This document shows, piece by piece, positions 18,533 to 25,988 of a stretch of 26,060 nucleotides of DNA (positions within the stretch are counted from its first letter, which is position 1; each line of letters opens with the position of its first letter). Made by a program: the position numbers and the translations under genes. The stretch is from an uncultured Ruminococcus sp. GTDB lineage: Bacteria; Bacillota; Clostridia; Oscillospirales; Acutalibacteraceae. Below the pieces are notes generated by a model, which did no database searches, was not told where the DNA came from, and worked only from the letters and a program-made list of their open reading frames with translations. The stretch spans positions 1 through 26,060 of the forward strand of contig CACWNZ010000001.1 of assembly GCA_902762335.1 (NCBI GenBank). The letters run 5' to 3'.

Positions 18533-18967
18533 ATGAAACAGGATATACCCGATACGAAAAGCGTTCCTGCGGAAAGCCGCATATTTACGCTTAACAGGCA
18601 GACCTTTGAGGACGTGATAAGCTATATCGAAGAACGCTGCCGCGCCCTCGGCTGCGGTGAAAAGGCGCTGAGCCGTATTTCCGTGTCATCATCGGAAATT
18701 CTTGCAAATATTGATTCCTACGCCTACGAAAACGGCGGTGAGGTCGAAATAACGATCTCCCGCAGCGGCAGAAGGCTCACGATCACCTTCAAAGACAGCG
18801 GCGCGCCCTTTGACCCGCTCAGCGTAAAGCCTCCCGACGTGACGGCTCCGCTGAGCGAGCGTGAACCGGGCGGACTCGGAATATTTATCGTCAGAAAGCT
18901 GATGAGCAGTGTCAGATATGAATACGCTGACGGTCAGAACGTTCTGACCGTAGAAAAGGAGCTCTGA
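18533..18967 (+). CDS. Anti-sigma-factor-type Ser/Thr kinase (RsbW/SpoIIAB-like HATPase)
   Basis: N box EILANIDSYAY, G1 DSGAPFDP, G2 PGGLGIFIVRKLM. Confidence 0.92.
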   Translation: MKQDIPDTKSVPAESRIFTLNRQTFEDVISYIEERCRALGCGEKALSRISVSSSEILANIDSYAYENGGEVEITISRSGRRLTITFKDSGAPFDPLSVKPPDVTAPLSEREPGGLGIFIVRKLMSSVRYEYADGQNVLTVEKEL

Positions 18968-18968
18968 G

Positions 18969-20141
18969 ATGAAGGATACGAAGATCATTATTGCGGGCGA
19001 CCTTATGCCTATGCCCTGCAATTACGGGCTGTTTTCCGACGGAGACGCGCAGGCTCTTTTCGGAAAAAGACTCTGCGATATGTTTGCTTCGGCGGACTAC
19101 CGGATATGCAATTTTGAAGGCTGTTTTACCGACGGCGACAATCCCATTGAAAAGACAGGTCCTGTGATAAAGGCACCGACTTCAACCATTAAGGCGATAA
19201 AGGCTCTCGGCATAAACTATGCCACCCTCGGCAACACCCACTCAATGGACAACGGCAGACAGGGCTATCTTGATACCTGCCGTACCCTTGAAGAAAACGG
19301 CATAGGCTATTTCGGCTGGGGCGACGATATCAATTCCGTCAGAACTCACGTCAGACTGACGGACTGCGGCAGGCGCATCGTACTTTATAACGTGACCGAG
19401 CTGTTTGAGAACGCTCCGGGTGAGAACACCCCGGGTGTGAATCTCTATGATGAATACCGTGTCTGTCAGGAACTGAAAGAGCTTAAAGCGGAGTGTGACC
19501 TTCTTATCGTGTTCTATCACGGCGGCATTGAAGGGTCGCATTATAACAGCGAGGTCATGCGGAAACGCTTTCACCGTATGGCGGACAGCGGCGCAGACGT
19601 GATAATTTCACAGCATACCCACGCGATCGGCGAAGAGGAGCATTATAACGGCTCATATCTTCTCTACGGTCAGGGGAATTTCTGCTTCCATTTCCGCAGT
19701 GAGGTCACCCCGCTTCTTGCCGAGGGACTCGTGCTTGAGATAGACCTCAACGACAGCGGCTTCACGGCAAAGCCCCACCGCATTATCCGCACCGAAAAGG
19801 GCTGCGTCTATGATGAAAAGCAGGAGCTTGATGAGTTCTATGCCCGAAGCAGAATGCACGACGCGCTTCTCAATGGCGACAGGGCGGCAAAAGAGGAGTT
19901 TGAACGGAACTTTTCAGAGGACTGCAAAAGCTGGCTGACCCAGTTCCTTCTGACCTTCAGGGGCATTGACCCCGAGATCGCAAAATTACGCAAGGAGCTT
20001 TCACCGTCAGAATTAAGGGATCATCTTATCTCCCTCTACCCCAGACCATATCTGACAGCTCTTCTGACGTTTCTGAAAAATGAAGAATTCAACGAGATCG
20101 GCAGACGGCTCCTGAGCGATCTGCTCAAAGAAAAACAATAA
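18969..20141 (+). CDS. CapA/PgsA-family metallophosphoesterase-fold protein
   Basis: IIIAGD, CNFEG, LGNTHSMD, FYHGG, GADVIISQHTH, YGQGNFCF motifs; starts 1 nt after the kinase stop. Confidence 0.85.
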   Translation: MKDTKIIIAGDLMPMPCNYGLFSDGDAQALFGKRLCDMFASADYRICNFEGCFTDGDNPIEKTGPVIKAPTSTIKAIKALGINYATLGNTHSMDNGRQGYLDTCRTLEENGIGYFGWGDDINSVRTHVRLTDCGRRIVLYNVTELFENAPGENTPGVNLYDEYRVCQELKELKAECDLLIVFYHGGIEGSHYNSEVMRKRFHRMADSGADVIISQHTHAIGEEEHYNGSYLLYGQGNFCFHFRSEVTPLLAEGLVLEIDLNDSGFTAKPHRIIRTEKGCVYDEKQELDEFYARSRMHDALLNGDRAAKEEFERNFSEDCKSWLTQFLLTFRGIDPEIAKLRKELSPSELRDHLISLYPRPYLTALLTFLKNEEFNEIGRRLLSDLLKEKQ

Positions 20142-20155
20142 AGGAGAAAACAACA

Positions 20156-20452
20156 ATGACGATAAAGACTTATGAAAAGGACGGCTCACCCGTCGTTGCA
20201 CCCGAGGGAAGGATCGACCACGTTACGGCTGCCGAATTTGAACAGAAGATAAACGAGGTCGGCAGGGACAGCGATAAATTGACTCTTGACTTGGCGGGCG
20301 TAGAATACGTCAGCTCCGCCGCACTCAGAGTTATTCTGAAGGCAAACGATATGGTAAAGGACAAGGGCGGCATGATCATCATAAACGTAAACCGCAAGGT
20401 CATGGAGATCTTCAACGTAACGGGCTTTTCCGATTATCTTGACATCAGATGA
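20156..20452 (+). CDS. STAS-domain anti-sigma-factor antagonist, copy 2
   Basis: 98 aa; EGRIDHVTAAEFE and VEYVSSAALRVIL; AAGGAG RBS. Confidence 0.93.
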   Translation: MTIKTYEKDGSPVVAPEGRIDHVTAAEFEQKINEVGRDSDKLTLDLAGVEYVSSAALRVILKANDMVKDKGGMIIINVNRKVMEIFNVTGFSDYLDIR

Positions 20453-20491
20453 CAGCACGCCCCTAAAGCGCAAAGGAGCTTCAATAACAAA

Positions 20492-20533
20492 ACCGCCGAC
20501 AAAGCAGGCAGAATGACCCGTTTTGTCGGCGGT
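20492..20533. terminator. Bidirectional intrinsic terminator between the NRPS operon and the PP2C gene
   Basis: ACCGCCGACAAA (20492-20503) / TTTGTCGGCGGT (20522-20533), with A-rich flank before and T-rich flank after. Confidence 0.75.
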
Positions 20534-20542
20534 ATTTTTGTT

Positions 20543-22234
20543 TTATGCATCATGATCTCCGTCAGCCGCTTTGTCGTCGGCAGACTTTCCCGCGCCCCTG
20601 TACTCTATGCAAAGCATCGTAAGATCGTCGAACTGCTCGGCATCCTTTACGAATTCGTTTACGGAGCGTCTGACGTTTTTGAGTATCTCCCCGGGGGCGG
20701 CGGAGCTCTGCTCGTTGAGCGCCCCGATCATGCGGTCGATACCGAACTGCTCCTGAGCCTTATCCGTTGCCTCGGGAACGCCGTCCGTATATAAAAACAG
20801 CTTGGACCCCGGGCTGAGCCGTATTTCGTATTCCTTGTAGCTCATACCGCTTATACCGCCCAGAACGAAGCCGTGCTTATCCCTGTAAAGCTCAAACTCT
20901 CCGTCGGGCTTCATCAGTACGGGATATTCATGCCCCGCGTTGGCAGCCGTCAGCCTTCCGGTAGAAAGCTCAAGTATCCCCAGCCAGACCGTGACGAACA
21001 TATCCTCACGGTTATTGGCGCAGACCGCGGCATTGGTGTCGGTAAGTATCTGCGCGGGCGATTTTCCGCTCATGGCGTTGTTCGCTAAAATAATCTTGGA
21101 GGACATCATAAACAAAGCCGCAGGTACTCCCTTGCCGGATACGTCCGCCATTACGATGCAGAGATGGTCGTCGTCCACAAGGAAAAAGTCGTAAAAATCA
21201 CCGCCTACCTCCTTTGCAGGGTCCATAGCCGCATAAATATCAAATTCCGCGCGGTCGGGAAAGGGCGGAAAGACACCCGGCAGCATATCGGCCTGTATAC
21301 GCGCGGCAAGGGAAAGCTCAGTGCTTATGCGTTCCTTTTCGGCTGTAGCCTTTGTCAGATCCTCCACGTACCGTATTATCCTCTCCTCCATACGGTCGAT
21401 AGATGAAGCAAGCAGGCTGATCTCGTCGCGGGTCCTTATCTTTTCCTCAAGCTTTTTGTCCGCGGCGGTGTTATCCGAAGCAAAGCGGCCCGCCTCGTTT
21501 GCAATCTGCTTGACGGGGCGCAGGATAACGCGGTTAAGATAGATCGACTGTCCTATGACGACAAAGATGAGCAGACCGAGCATAGAAAAGAACACCTTGC
21601 CCAAATAGGTGTTGCGGACGTTTACAAGGCTGTCCATTTGCCGCTGAACGCAAAGGATCGCCGTCGTTTTGCCGCTTTTGTCCCTTATCGGTATCATTGC
21701 CGTTATATGGGGGTCGGTCTCGATATAGCCCTGATCTCTTATGACAAGCTCATTATCCGAGCCTTCCTCATACAGTCTGCGGTATTTTTCTTTGTATTCA
21801 TCGTTCGTCGTAGGGCGGACGTAGCCGAACTCATAGCGGGTGTAGCTGCTGTTTTCGTTGATAGTTGAAAACAGGAACGTGATATTATCGTAGGTCTTAT
21901 CCGGCCGTATAACGTAAATAAAGGTCGAGCCCGAGGAATTGCACAGAGTCTCAAGCTTATCCGATACCTGAGTGTATTCCCGGGTTTTGCCGCCGCTTGC
22001 GTAGTAGTCGTCTATCCTGTCGCTGTCGAGGATCATAATGGCAGTATCGGCGGTATGCACGGCGCCGTCATAATACTGCTCCATAAGAGCCTGCGTAAAG
22101 CCGTTAAAGCCTATTATGCTTACAATGACCGAAAAGACGATCATCAGAACGGCAAGACCCGAAATGCTCTTGAATATTATGCTTACCCTCGGACCCCTGC
22201 GCTTTTTTTCCGGGGTTTTATTTTTTTCCGCCAA
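20543..22234 (-). CDS. Membrane sensor PP2C/SpoIIE-type Ser phosphatase (RsbU-like): TM-extracytoplasmic sensor-TM-HAMP-PP2C
   Basis: EVGGDFYDFF, MADVSGKGVPAALFM, NAGHEYP, LYTDGVPEA, DDLTML; two TM helices and a HAMP segment; TTG 22234 has a GGAGG RBS (alternative ATG at 22270). Confidence 0.93.
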   Translation of the reverse strand: MAEKNKTPEKKRRGPRVSIIFKSISGLAVLMIVFSVIVSIIGFNGFTQALMEQYYDGAVHTADTAIMILDSDRIDDYYASGGKTREYTQVSDKLETLCNSSGSTFIYVIRPDKTYDNITFLFSTINENSSYTRYEFGYVRPTTNDEYKEKYRRLYEEGSDNELVIRDQGYIETDPHITAMIPIRDKSGKTTAILCVQRQMDSLVNVRNTYLGKVFFSMLGLLIFVVIGQSIYLNRVILRPVKQIANEAGRFASDNTAADKKLEEKIRTRDEISLLASSIDRMEERIIRYVEDLTKATAEKERISTELSLAARIQADMLPGVFPPFPDRAEFDIYAAMDPAKEVGGDFYDFFLVDDDHLCIVMADVSGKGVPAALFMMSSKIILANNAMSGKSPAQILTDTNAAVCANNREDMFVTVWLGILELSTGRLTAANAGHEYPVLMKPDGEFELYRDKHGFVLGGISGMSYKEYEIRLSPGSKLFLYTDGVPEATDKAQEQFGIDRMIGALNEQSSAAPGEILKNVRRSVNEFVKDAEQFDDLTMLCIEYRGAGKSADDKAADGDHDA

Positions 22235-22330
22235 CCGATATCCCTCCGATGATAAAAGTGTGAGCCTCATTTATACGCGGGCGGATAAGATACGCCGTAA
22301 TACCGCACAGAAGCTCCTTTTTCTCCTTCT

Positions 22331-22359
22331 ATTATACCTTGACGGCGCTCCGATAGCAA
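22331..22359 (-). promoter_or_regulatory. Candidate sigma-A promoter for the PP2C gene
   Basis: Minus strand TTGCTA-17 nt-TATAAT. Confidence 0.65.
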
Positions 22360-22390
22360 TTATATTTTTTCATATTGCGCAGAGAACGGC

Positions 22391-22426
22391 AAAAAGGCTC
22401 CCGCCGGGTTTTTCAGCGGGAGCCTT
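22391..22426 (-). terminator. Intrinsic terminator after the surface-protein gene
   Basis: 11-bp stem AAGGCTCCCGC / GCGGGAGCCTT followed by a U-run on the minus strand. Confidence 0.8.
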
Positions 22427-22483
22427 GAACGGGCATTCCGGTTATTCGGTTTGACTTGAGCAGTCATGTGCAACGGGGGCGGA

Positions 22484-23566
22484 TCACTCCTGCTCGCCCT
22501 TTCTGCGCTTCACGGCAAGGAACAGAGCTGCGGAAAGGCTTGCGACAAGCGCTGCCGAAACAGCTATAGCAGCTGAGGTGTCGCCTGTTTTGGGTGTGTT
22601 GTCGGCGGGCTTGACAGCGGAGCTCTCACCCGTATAATGTACTGCTATCTCAAGCTCGCCGTCGGAGAATACGAGGTTGAGATGATTCTCGCCGTCCTTG
22701 AGGAGCTTATCGGCAAGCTCCTTGCTGAAGGTCACCGCGCCGTTTTCAAGGGTAAGACCCTCCGTTTCGTCAGTTGCGGCAAGACCGCCGTCAATACGTA
22801 CCGCGACAGTATCGGACTTTGATGTCGTTCTGATCACGAAGCCGTCGCCGCCCTTGCCGTAGTCGATAGTGGTATGCTCGGCAAGGATAGGCTCTGCCTT
22901 TTCTTCAAACATTGCGGTAAGATTCAGCGCCTCGGATACGGTGATCGTGATCGTTTCCTCTGTGGAATAGGTCTCGTCCGTATCGCTGTTCATCCAGCCC
23001 TTGAACTCCCGACCTTCATCGGCTTTTGCGCCGAGGATTACGGTATCGCCTACAGCAGCGCTCAATGCGAGGCTCTGCTTCGGGTGCTCATCGCTGAACA
23101 CAGGCTCCGAGCCGTCCTCTGAAACAGCTATCTGACCCTCGCCCGCCGTGTTGGCTGAGATCGTCACGAGAGAAGCGTCTGCAAAAACCGCAGTGAGATC
23201 CAGACTTTCCGTAACGTCAACGGGAACTACGGGGCTCATGGAGAAGAACTCGTCCGTGTCGGTGTTTTTCCAATATACGAATTTCCAACCCTCGCTCGCC
23301 TTTGCGCCGATCCGGATAGTCGTGCCGACGTCGGCGTTTACATATAAGCTCTGCTTGGGCTTCTCATCGTCAAATTCGGGCACGCTGTCGTGATCGCTGA
23401 AGGCGACCTGACCGTTGCCCTCGGTGTTGACTGTTATCAGTACCGAGCCGTTGGCTGTCGTTATCGGCACAGTGTCTTCCTCGGGAGCCTCCTGCGCTGC
23501 GAATGCGGTGGTCGCCATAGAAGCTGCAAGAGCGGCTGCGATAAGGAGCGTGAGAATCTTTTTCAT
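22484..23566 (-). CDS. Sortase-anchored surface protein with two InlB B-repeat-like beta-sandwich repeats and a third Ig-like domain
   Basis: Signal peptide ending AFA; two 92-aa repeats with G..F..W and LTA.F; C-terminal TPKTG, hydrophobic helix, KRRK tail. Confidence 0.85.
   Translation of the reverse strand: MKKILTLLIAAALAASMATTAFAAQEAPEEDTVPITTANGSVLITVNTEGNGQVAFSDHDSVPEFDDEKPKQSLYVNADVGTTIRIGAKASEGWKFVYWKNTDTDEFFSMSPVVPVDVTESLDLTAVFADASLVTISANTAGEGQIAVSEDGSEPVFSDEHPKQSLALSAAVGDTVILGAKADEGREFKGWMNSDTDETYSTEETITITVSEALNLTAMFEEKAEPILAEHTTIDYGKGGDGFVIRTTSKSDTVAVRIDGGLAATDETEGLTLENGAVTFSKELADKLLKDGENHLNLVFSDGELEIAVHYTGESSAVKPADNTPKTGDTSAAIAVSAALVASLSAALFLAVKRRKGEQE
22907..23446 (-). repeat. 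Two tandem 92-aa intragenic repeats
   Basis: PKQSL at aa 70 and 162; TAVF/TAMF at aa 125 and 217; GAKA and W.N.DTDE in both units. Confidence 0.8.
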
Positions 23567-23639
23567 AATGATTACCTCTTTCTTTATTATTTTATTTTGG
23601 GAAAAGACGTAATAAAGGGAGAATAGTCCCTTCGATCAT

Positions 23640-23648
23640 ATTATATCA
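23640..23648 (-). promoter_or_regulatory. Candidate extended -10 promoter for the surface-protein gene
   Basis: TGATATAAT on the minus strand about 75 nt upstream of the start; no convincing -35 at 17 nt. Confidence 0.4.
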
Positions 23649-24170
23649 CGCGCCGTCCACCTGATGTCCATTAAATCGCGGAGCTAATCAAAAAATCTCC
23701 GTTTTTGATAACATACCTTTATTACCGGTTTGTTACGTTGTATACAATGTCCTCTGCGTGATATTCCGCTGAGTGATCGGAGCTTGGTTATTTTTCTTAC
23801 CTCTCGATCGCAAAATAAATATATCATAAAAAACCGGTCCTGCCTATATGCAAAACAGCCCCGATCTGTATACTAATTTACGTTTTACCGCCCGAATGCA
23901 GCCTAATTTACATATCGGCGTGAGATCATATACGAATCATGACCTTTCGCTGTCCACCGAAAAGCTATTATCCTTTTATAGCACGCCGTCCTTAAGCGGT
24001 GCTATCAGCAAGCTTGTATCGGATATGCGTTTATTCAAAGACCTCTGCGAGATGTTTTGTCAGCAAACTCATTTGCTCGTCCTCAATTATATTATTGATC
24101 GTATCATTTCTTTTTGCTTTTGATGACAACATATAACGACGCATGAGCTTCGCGCAGGGGTCTCCCGGCG

Positions 24171-25463
24171 TCAGATGATCGCCTTCCAAGCCCCGCTTTT
24201 TTCAAAAAGCCCGAGGATATCCTTATCAAGACTGCCCTCGTCCGCCATATCGTGAAGTATCCGTAAAGCCCTTTCCGGCGGGATAGGCTTTTTGTAGGGT
24301 CTGTCCTTTGCGGTCAGGGCTTCATAAACGTCCAGGATCGTCAGCAGACGGATCTCCTTTGAGATCTCGTCTCCGCTCCTGTGCTGCGGATAGCCCTTGC
24401 CGTTGAGCAGCTCGTGATGTGAGCTTGCCCATTCGCGCACAACAAGGTAATCATCGGGGAAATCGATCTTATCAAGTATCCTTGCGGTAACGGACACGTG
24501 ACTCTGCATTATCGCCCTCTCCTCATCGGTCAGAGTGCCTCTCTTTATAGCAAGGCAGGTCAGCTCGTCCCGGGTCAGAACGGGCAGCTCCGTACCGTCC
24601 TCCTCCGTATAACGCTGCCGTGAGAGCTCTTCTATCAGAGCAAGATCGTCGTCGGAAAGAAAAGAGGAATTATTTATCCTGTTTATCGCCCCTGACCATG
24701 CGTTTCTCTGCTCCTCGCGGCTCTCAAATTCCTCACGGGTGATCCTTCCCTCAAGCATCGAGATACGGTCCAGCAAATGCATACGGCGGAATCTCTCTTC
24801 TATCTTTTCCGCCCTTGACCCGAGCCTTGTGGCTTTATCCATGACCTCCAGCGGGACGGAGAGCTTTCCCACGTCATGCAGCCAGATGCTTATCAAAAAA
24901 GCGTGCCTTTTTTGTTCGTCGAAGCTCCACTCGTGTCCGGTACGGTCAAGCCAATCCAAAAAGTCCTCGCCGAGCTTTACCATATTTTTGGTGTGGTTGG
25001 CGCTGTAGGGAGAGCGCTCGTCAATGGCGACCGAAAGCGCCTCTATGAGCGAATCCATCAGGGCGATAAGCTTATCGATGTATCGCTTTTTCATAGAAGC
25101 GAGATCGGTCATATCATTCAGAATGAGAAGCAGGGCGATCTTTCTGCCCTCGTTTTTGAGAAAGGACGACATCACGTAGATCGTCTTGGTGCCTGAAGGG
25201 GCTTCGTATTGTATCAGATTATAATGCGGTATCGGCTGACCGCCGACGGCATCTAAGATGATCTGATTGAACTCGTCATTTTTCTCATCGTCAAAAAACA
25301 AATTGCCAAACAGGTTATCCGTTAATTCAGCGCCGGTTTTTTCCAGAATATCTACCGTAGCCTGATTGAAGTATCGGATCCTTCCGTCAGGTCCGAGGAT
25401 AAGTATACCCTCTGAAATATCTCTGAAAATGCTGTTCTGTATCAGTTTATCTTGTTCGTTCAT
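24171..25463 (-). CDS. PAS-like + HD-GYP cyclic-dinucleotide phosphodiesterase
   Basis: N-terminal EGILILGPDGRIRYFN (PAS-like); LHDVGK, HHELLNGKGYP, DVYEALTAKDRPYKK; AGGAG RBS. Confidence 0.92.
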   Translation of the reverse strand: MNEQDKLIQNSIFRDISEGILILGPDGRIRYFNQATVDILEKTGAELTDNLFGNLFFDDEKNDEFNQIILDAVGGQPIPHYNLIQYEAPSGTKTIYVMSSFLKNEGRKIALLLILNDMTDLASMKKRYIDKLIALMDSLIEALSVAIDERSPYSANHTKNMVKLGEDFLDWLDRTGHEWSFDEQKRHAFLISIWLHDVGKLSVPLEVMDKATRLGSRAEKIEERFRRMHLLDRISMLEGRITREEFESREEQRNAWSGAINRINNSSFLSDDDLALIEELSRQRYTEEDGTELPVLTRDELTCLAIKRGTLTDEERAIMQSHVSVTARILDKIDFPDDYLVVREWASSHHELLNGKGYPQHRSGDEISKEIRLLTILDVYEALTAKDRPYKKPIPPERALRILHDMADEGSLDKDILGLFEKSGAWKAII

Positions 25464-25521
25464 GTCGGCATTCTCCTAAAATATAAATATCAGCAGGATC
25501 GGATCATCATTTTTTACTTAT

Positions 25522-25530
25522 ATTATAGCA
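25522..25530 (-). promoter_or_regulatory. Candidate extended -10 promoter for the HD-GYP gene
   Basis: TGCTATAAT on the minus strand about 60 nt upstream of ATG 25463. Confidence 0.45.
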
Positions 25531-25625
25531 TACGATACCCAACTATTGTCCGACAAAGAGGTGCAGTTCATGAAACTTTGTAGTCTTGAACAAAAATGCC
25601 CGCTTATAATCGTGTTATTGCACAC

Positions 25626-25667
25626 AAAAAGGACCCTCCGCCGTGATGCGTTTCCCGGCAGAGGGTC
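25626..25667 (-). terminator. Intrinsic terminator, minus strand
   Basis: GACCCTCTGCCG / CGGCGGAGGGTC stem (one G-U pair that works only on the minus strand) followed by CTTTTT. Confidence 0.7.
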
Positions 25668-25740
25668 GGTTTTATTTATTTTTACGCCGCCTGAAGGAGT
25701 GAGTCCTCCGTCTGAGAAGCGGATCTTTCCGCTTCAGGAA

Positions 25741-25780
25741 AAAAAGAAGCAGACGGGGAGTTACCGTCTGCATCAAAAAA
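25741..25780. terminator. Intrinsic terminator downstream of the tRNA fragment
   Basis: GCAGACGG (25749-25756) / CCGTCTGC (25764-25771) with A-runs on both sides; the 5' A-run is the U-tract on the minus strand. Confidence 0.7.
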
Positions 25781-25817
25781 GACCGTGCTTTGAGCAATAT
25801 GATCAAGAAAGAAAGAG

Positions 25818-25863
25818 AGGCGTCACCCGGATTCGAACCGGGGGATCGGAGTTTCGCAGACTC
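25818..25863 (-). pseudogene. 3' fragment of a tRNA-Cys-like gene (probable att site of an integrative element)
   Basis: Minus strand GAGT-CTGCGAA-ACTCC-GATCC-CCCGG-TTCGAAT-CCGGG-TGACGCC-T: anticodon arm, T arm, acceptor 3' strand and U73; no D arm or 5' acceptor strand (GGCGTCA) upstream. Confidence 0.8.
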
Positions 25864-25988
25864 AGCTATCCGCACTGTCGTGTTCTTTATTTTAACATAT
25901 AAATGGTGAGTAGTCAAACGAGTCTTAAGCTATTATGATCTCTCTTTTTATCTATTTTCTGAAGATAATCTCAATAAGATGATTATAT

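Noticed and set aside
18969-20141. Poly-gamma-glutamate capsule locus
   Set aside because: Only a CapA-fold gene without a membrane anchor; no capB/capC ligase genes in the window.
23848-24123. 91-aa plus-strand ORF in the intergenic gap
   Set aside because: No clear RBS or recognisable motif; kept only as part of the unexplained gap.
23570-25800. c-di-GMP or other riboswitch upstream of the surface-protein or HD-GYP genes
   Set aside because: Could not find the conserved class I/II c-di-GMP or glycine riboswitch cores by eye; an Rfam scan is needed to exclude this properly.
6654-25863. Idea that the whole NRPS region is the island bounded by the tRNA fragment
   Set aside because: Fragment orientation places the element to the right. 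I saw no integrase, transposase or second att copy on the left, so there is no direct evidence that the NRPS region is mobile.
25818-25890. Intact tRNA-Arg(GCG)
   Set aside because: No D arm and no 5' strand able to pair with TGACGCC; U73 and stem sequences fit Cys.
25546-25917. ORFs 25546-25902 (+) and 25672-25917 (-)
   Set aside because: They run through terminators and the tRNA fragment; no protein-like features.
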